From positions 1,178,001 to 1,242,000 of the forward strand of contig NC_091995.1 of assembly GCF_044704955.1 (NCBI RefSeq): DNA of 64,000 nucleotides, read 5' to 3'. Shown here piece after piece: positions 60,701-64,000 of this stretch (position 1 is its first letter; each line of letters starts with the position of its first letter). Source of the DNA: Pristiophorus japonicus (lineage: Eukaryota). Position numbers and translations under genes: made by a program. The notes beneath the pieces are model-generated. The model was given only the letters and a program-made list of their open reading frames with translations, did no database searches and was not told where the DNA came from.

Positions 60701-62664
60701 AGGAGCAGGGAGGTCATACTGCAGTTGCACAGGGCTTTGGTGAGGCCACACCTTGAATATTGTGTTCAGTTTTGGTCTCCTAATCTGAGGAAGGACATTC
60801 TTGCTATTGAGGGAGTGCAGCGAAGGTTCACCAGACTGATTCCCGGGATGGCAGCACTGACATATGAAGAAAGACTGGATAGACTGGGCTTATATTCACT
60901 GAAATTTAGAAGGATGAGAGGGGATCTCGTAGAAACATATAAAATTATGACAGGATTGGACAGATTAGATGCAGGAAGAATGTTCCCGATGTTGGGGAAG
61001 TCCAGAACCAGGGGTCACAGTCCAAGGATAAGGGGTAAGCCATTTAGGACCGAGATGAGGAGAAACTTCTTCACTCAGAGAGTTGTGAACCTGTGGAATT
61101 CTCTACCGCAGAGAGTTGTTGAGGCCAATTCGTTGGACATATTCAAAAGGGAGCTAGATGTGACCCTTACGGCTAAAGGGACCAAGTGGTATGGAGAGAA
61201 AGCAGGAATGGGGTACTGAGGGAATGATCAGGCATGATCATATTGAATGGTGGAGCAGGCTCGAGGGGCCGAATGGCCGACTCCTGCTGCTAATTCTTAT
61301 GCTGTTATGTTCTTAACATACAGGCTGCTTGAGCAGAAAAGGCCATTTGTTCATTTTCCCTCTTTTCTTATTGACACCAATTTTAATGGCAGAGTCTTGG
61401 CTCATGCTGCACAGCCCTCCAACCCTACCCCAAAAATCTTAATCATGGAAATTAGAGCTAGGCCCATTCAGAGTGAAATCAGGAAGCACTTTTTCCACAC
61501 AAAGTATCGTGGAAATCTCGACCTCTCTTCCCGTTCCCCCTCCCCCAAAAGGCTGTGGATCCATTAGAATTTTCAAGACTGAGATCAATGGATTTTTGTT
61601 TTGTTGTTTTGGTGTCAAGAGATATGCAGAAAATGCGGGTCGAGGAAGTTTAAGTACGGATTAGTTATGGTTTAGTAGAATGTCAGAATAGGTTCGAGGA
61701 GCTGAATGGCCTCCTCCTATTCCTATGTAAGAAATAGGAATGTTGTACTGAGGGCCAGTGTAAAACGACCTTATCTTTGCTACCACTGGACAGAGCAAGA
61801 ATCGCAGATCTCAGTTCTCCACATTCGATCATTTAAACAACAACAACAACTTATATTTATATAGAGCCTTCAACATAGTGAAACGTCCCAAGGCGCTTCA
61901 CAGGAGTATTATGAGATAACAAAAATTCACACCGAGCCACATAAGGAGAAATTAGCGCAGGTGACCAAAAGCTTGGTCAAAGAGGTATGTTTTATGGAGC
62001 GTCTTGGAGGAGGAAAGAGATGTAGAGAGGCGGAGAGGTTTAAGGAGAGAGTTCCAGAGCTAGGGGCCCAGGCAGCTGAAGGCACGGCCACCGATTGTGG
62101 AGCGATTATAATCAGGGATGGTCAGGAGGGCAGAGTTATAGGAGTGCAGATACCTCGCGGCGGGGGGAGGGTTGTGGGGCTGGAGGAGATTACAGAGATA
62201 GGGAGGGGTGAGGGCCATGGAGGAATTTGAAGACAAGGATGAGAATTTTGAAATCGAGGCGATGCTTAACCGGAAGCCAATGTAGGTCAGCGAGCACAGG
62301 GGGTGATGGGTGAACGGGACTCGGTGCGAGTTAGGACACGGGGCAGCCGAGTTTTGGATCACCTCTAGTTTACGCAAGGGTAGAATGTGAGAGGCCAGCC
62401 AGGAGTGCGTTGGAACAGTCAAGTCTGGAGGGAGCAAAGGCACGGATGGGAAAGGATGGATAAAGTAACATATTGATGCGTGTAGATAGGAAAGTGAGGT
62501 GGGAGCTAATTTCAGAACGCATTGATGTCCACTGATGTCTGAGTGTGGTTAGTTTGATTAGCACGCGGTGCCTATGCAAGATTACCTCATAATCTGAACT
62601 CCTGCACATGGACACGAAGGAGTAACACTGCTGAACCTCGCTGCAATAGTACGGCCTTCGTTGT
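42642..62664 (-). CDS. SOUL/HEBP-family heme-binding-like protein, 5' partial (5 exons in window, 193 aa)
   Basis: Exons 62586-62664, 56060-56171, 54711-54844, 46936-47093 and 42642-42741 join in phase (2/0/1/0/2). The protein carries SOUL motifs YETRIYEPSVW, RL..Y....NEPG, TAPI, NPPAPRD.AV, FVKSYEGW and YNSP...NRHTEVW. Confidence 0.9.
42900..43895. repeat. C-rich minisatellite (CCCCGTTACCCCT-based)
   Basis: Visible tandem array; the source of the spurious Pro-rich ORFs. Confidence 0.95.
43896..45172 (+). mobile_element. Young 5'-truncated CR1 with an uninterrupted ORF2 C-terminus (~390 codons)
   Basis: Open from LTNLLEFFE to RAGKWS-stop (45072), with FADD intact; (ttcttatg)n tail. Confidence 0.92.
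45173..46922. repeat. C-rich low-complexity/minisatellite tract abutting the SOUL exon D donor
   Basis: About 1.75 kb of CCCC(G/A)TT(A/C)C repeats. Confidence 0.95.
46936..47093 (-). CDS. SOUL-like exon D (VFLKRFPPMAMFVKSYEGW...FYTARYN)
   Basis: Perfect branch point TACTAAC (47118-47112), polypyrimidine tract and tag| acceptor; CAG|gtaggg donor; 158 nt. Confidence 0.9.
54711..54844 (-). CDS. SOUL-like exon C (GIQLERTAPIL...FTNPPAPRDTA)
   Basis: gtgtttccccag| acceptor and GCC|gtgagt donor, 134 nt. Lies within ORF 54579..54869(-). Confidence 0.9.
55065..55950. repeat. (GGTTT/GGCTT)n pentamer repeat interrupted by a CR1; includes a 60-bp exact duplication
   Basis: Visible pentamer repeats; lines 55801 and 55861 are identical. 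Confidence 0.85.
56060..56171 (-). CDS. SOUL-like exon B (TRIYEPSVWIGT...ARLKEYFHKKNEP)
   Basis: gtttttcccaacag| acceptor and CAG|gtaggc donor, 112 nt. Confidence 0.88.
58490..61315 (+). mobile_element. Long degenerate CR1 (end of endonuclease SDHN motif through RT) preceded by a CR1 3' fragment
   Basis: ORFs 58982-59209 (PLGKSDHNMV), 59228-59794 and 59950-61219. Confidence 0.9.
62586..62664 (-). CDS. SOUL-like exon A (QRRPYYCSEVQQCYSFVSMCRSSDYE)
   Basis: gattttgcag| acceptor and GAG|gtaatc donor, 79 nt. Cys-x5-Cys-x6-Cys N-terminal motif like that of secreted-type fish SOUL proteins. Confidence 0.85.
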
Positions 62665-62857
62665 CTGCAAAATCCAACGGTGGCATTTAATCCTTACAGG
62701 TCATTGCACCATGAGTCAGTCAACCACATTGAAACCCATTCCTAATAAGAACATAAGAAATAGCAGCAGGAGTAGGCCATACGGCCCCTCGAGCCTGCTC
62801 CACCATTTAATACGATCATGGCTGATCTGATGATGGACTCAGCTCCACTTCCCTGCC

Positions 62858-63530
62858 TGTTGGGGAGCGTTTCCAGAGCAAAGGCACCTGTGGCAAAATG
62901 TTAGAATTAAATATGTGTGGCAGGACATGTATGAAGATGGCTACCAGTAATTCAGCGAAGCACTAAGGGAATGCAGCAAGCAGAAATGGACCACATTCCT
63001 AGTTACTGATAATTGCCGTTTCTCACACGGGAATACACAGAAAAGATCAGCTCAGCAGATGTCTCTAATCAACAGGCTTCCAGGCCCCAGACAAGATGTC
63101 CCGGTAGAATAATAGAACAATAGTACTCCTGTAACAGGATTAAGATAAGGAAACTACTCAAAGACAGCACCCAAGGACAGTAAGATAAGCGGGGGACCTG
63201 GACAATGTCAGAAGACCATGAGTAACCCTTAGTACCACATGAGGCGATCACATAGCCACCTAATGTTTAGAGACCAATTCTATTGGTCTAATTGAATCTA
63301 TATGTAATCTATAATCAATATGATTGGATAGTGTCCAGCCGAAATGGGCTGATGTAACTGTAGTAAACTGTTGTAAAACATATAAAAATCCATGAAATCC
63401 TTAGTTCAGCGGAGAGAGGTGCCTGGATGAACCAGTGGCTTCATCTCCCCGCCGGCGTGATAAACCGTTTTGATGTATGGAACTGACCCAGAGTGACGAG
63501 TGATTCTTGGAGGGAACATTCGTGCTAACA
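62858..63530 (+). mobile_element. Solo LTR (673 bp) inserted in a CR1 3' end
   Basis: TGTT...AACA inverted termini, 5-bp TSD CTGCC (62853-62857 and 63531-63535), CCAAT/ATTGG boxes and TATAAAA near 63381. Confidence 0.85.
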
Positions 63531-64000
63531 CTGCCCACTCCCCATAACCCCTTAATCCCTTATTGGTTAAGAAACTGTCTATCTCTTTGTCTTAAATTTA
63601 TTCAATGTCCCAGCTTCCACAACTCTCTGAGGCAGCGAATTCCACAGATTTACAACCCTCTGAGAGAAGAAATTCCTCCTCATCTCAGTTTTAAATGGGC
63701 GGCCCCTTATTCTAAGATTATGCCCCCTAGTTCTAGTCTCCCCCATCAGTGGAAACATCCTCTCTGCACCCACCTTGTCAAGTTCCCTCATAATCTTATA
63801 TGTTTCGATAAGATCCCCTCTTTCATCTGAATTTCAATGAGTAGAGGCCCAACCTCCTCAACCTTTCCTCATAAGTCAACCCCCTCATCCCCGGAATCAA
63901 CCGAGTGAACCTTCTCTGAACTGCCTCCAAAGCAAGTTTATCCTTTCGTAAATATGGATGGTTTCCCTAGGGAAATAGTGGAAGCAGTTAATATGGATTC

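Noticed and set aside
62665-64000. First (signal-peptide) exon of the SOUL-like gene
   Set aside because: The interval is accounted for by a CR1 and a solo LTR; no ATG exon ending in a phase-2 donor was found, so it must lie outside the window.

Overview
Repeat-dense vertebrate genomic DNA. The mix of CR1, L2 and RTE LINEs, tRNA-derived SINEs and a Mag-type Gypsy element points to a cartilaginous fish (shark); the species cannot be fixed from the sequence. Two spliced protein-coding genes lie in tandem on the minus strand, both reconstructed by hand from GT-AG boundaries and codon phase. (1) A complete tapasin (TAPBP) gene has 8 coding exons between 30403 and 7002, 1374 nt, 457 aa. It encodes a signal peptide, N-domain, IgV, IgC1, a TM helix with the conserved lysine and a KxKxx ER-retrieval tail. 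It probably also has a non-coding first exon and a spliced 3'-UTR exon, and carries an ISRE+GAS element in intron 1. This suggests MHC class I antigen-processing territory. (2) About 12 kb upstream lies a divergent SOUL/HEBP-family heme-binding-protein gene with 5 exons between 62664 and 42642 and 193 aa in the window; its first exon lies outside. The ORF track mostly misses it. Notable points: the SOUL-tapasin linkage; tapasin lacking the ERp57-binding Cys95 equivalent while having a canonical IgV disulfide and a longer editing loop; a 16-unit minisatellite carrying NF-kB-consensus and forkhead motifs in the probable tapasin 3' UTR; CTCF motifs; a full-length but dead Gypsy provirus between the genes; and two solo LTRs with 5-bp TSDs. 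There are two assembly gaps (6423-6561, 19329-19470). TE boundaries are approximate, and comparisons to human or fish proteins are from recalled sequences, not database searches.
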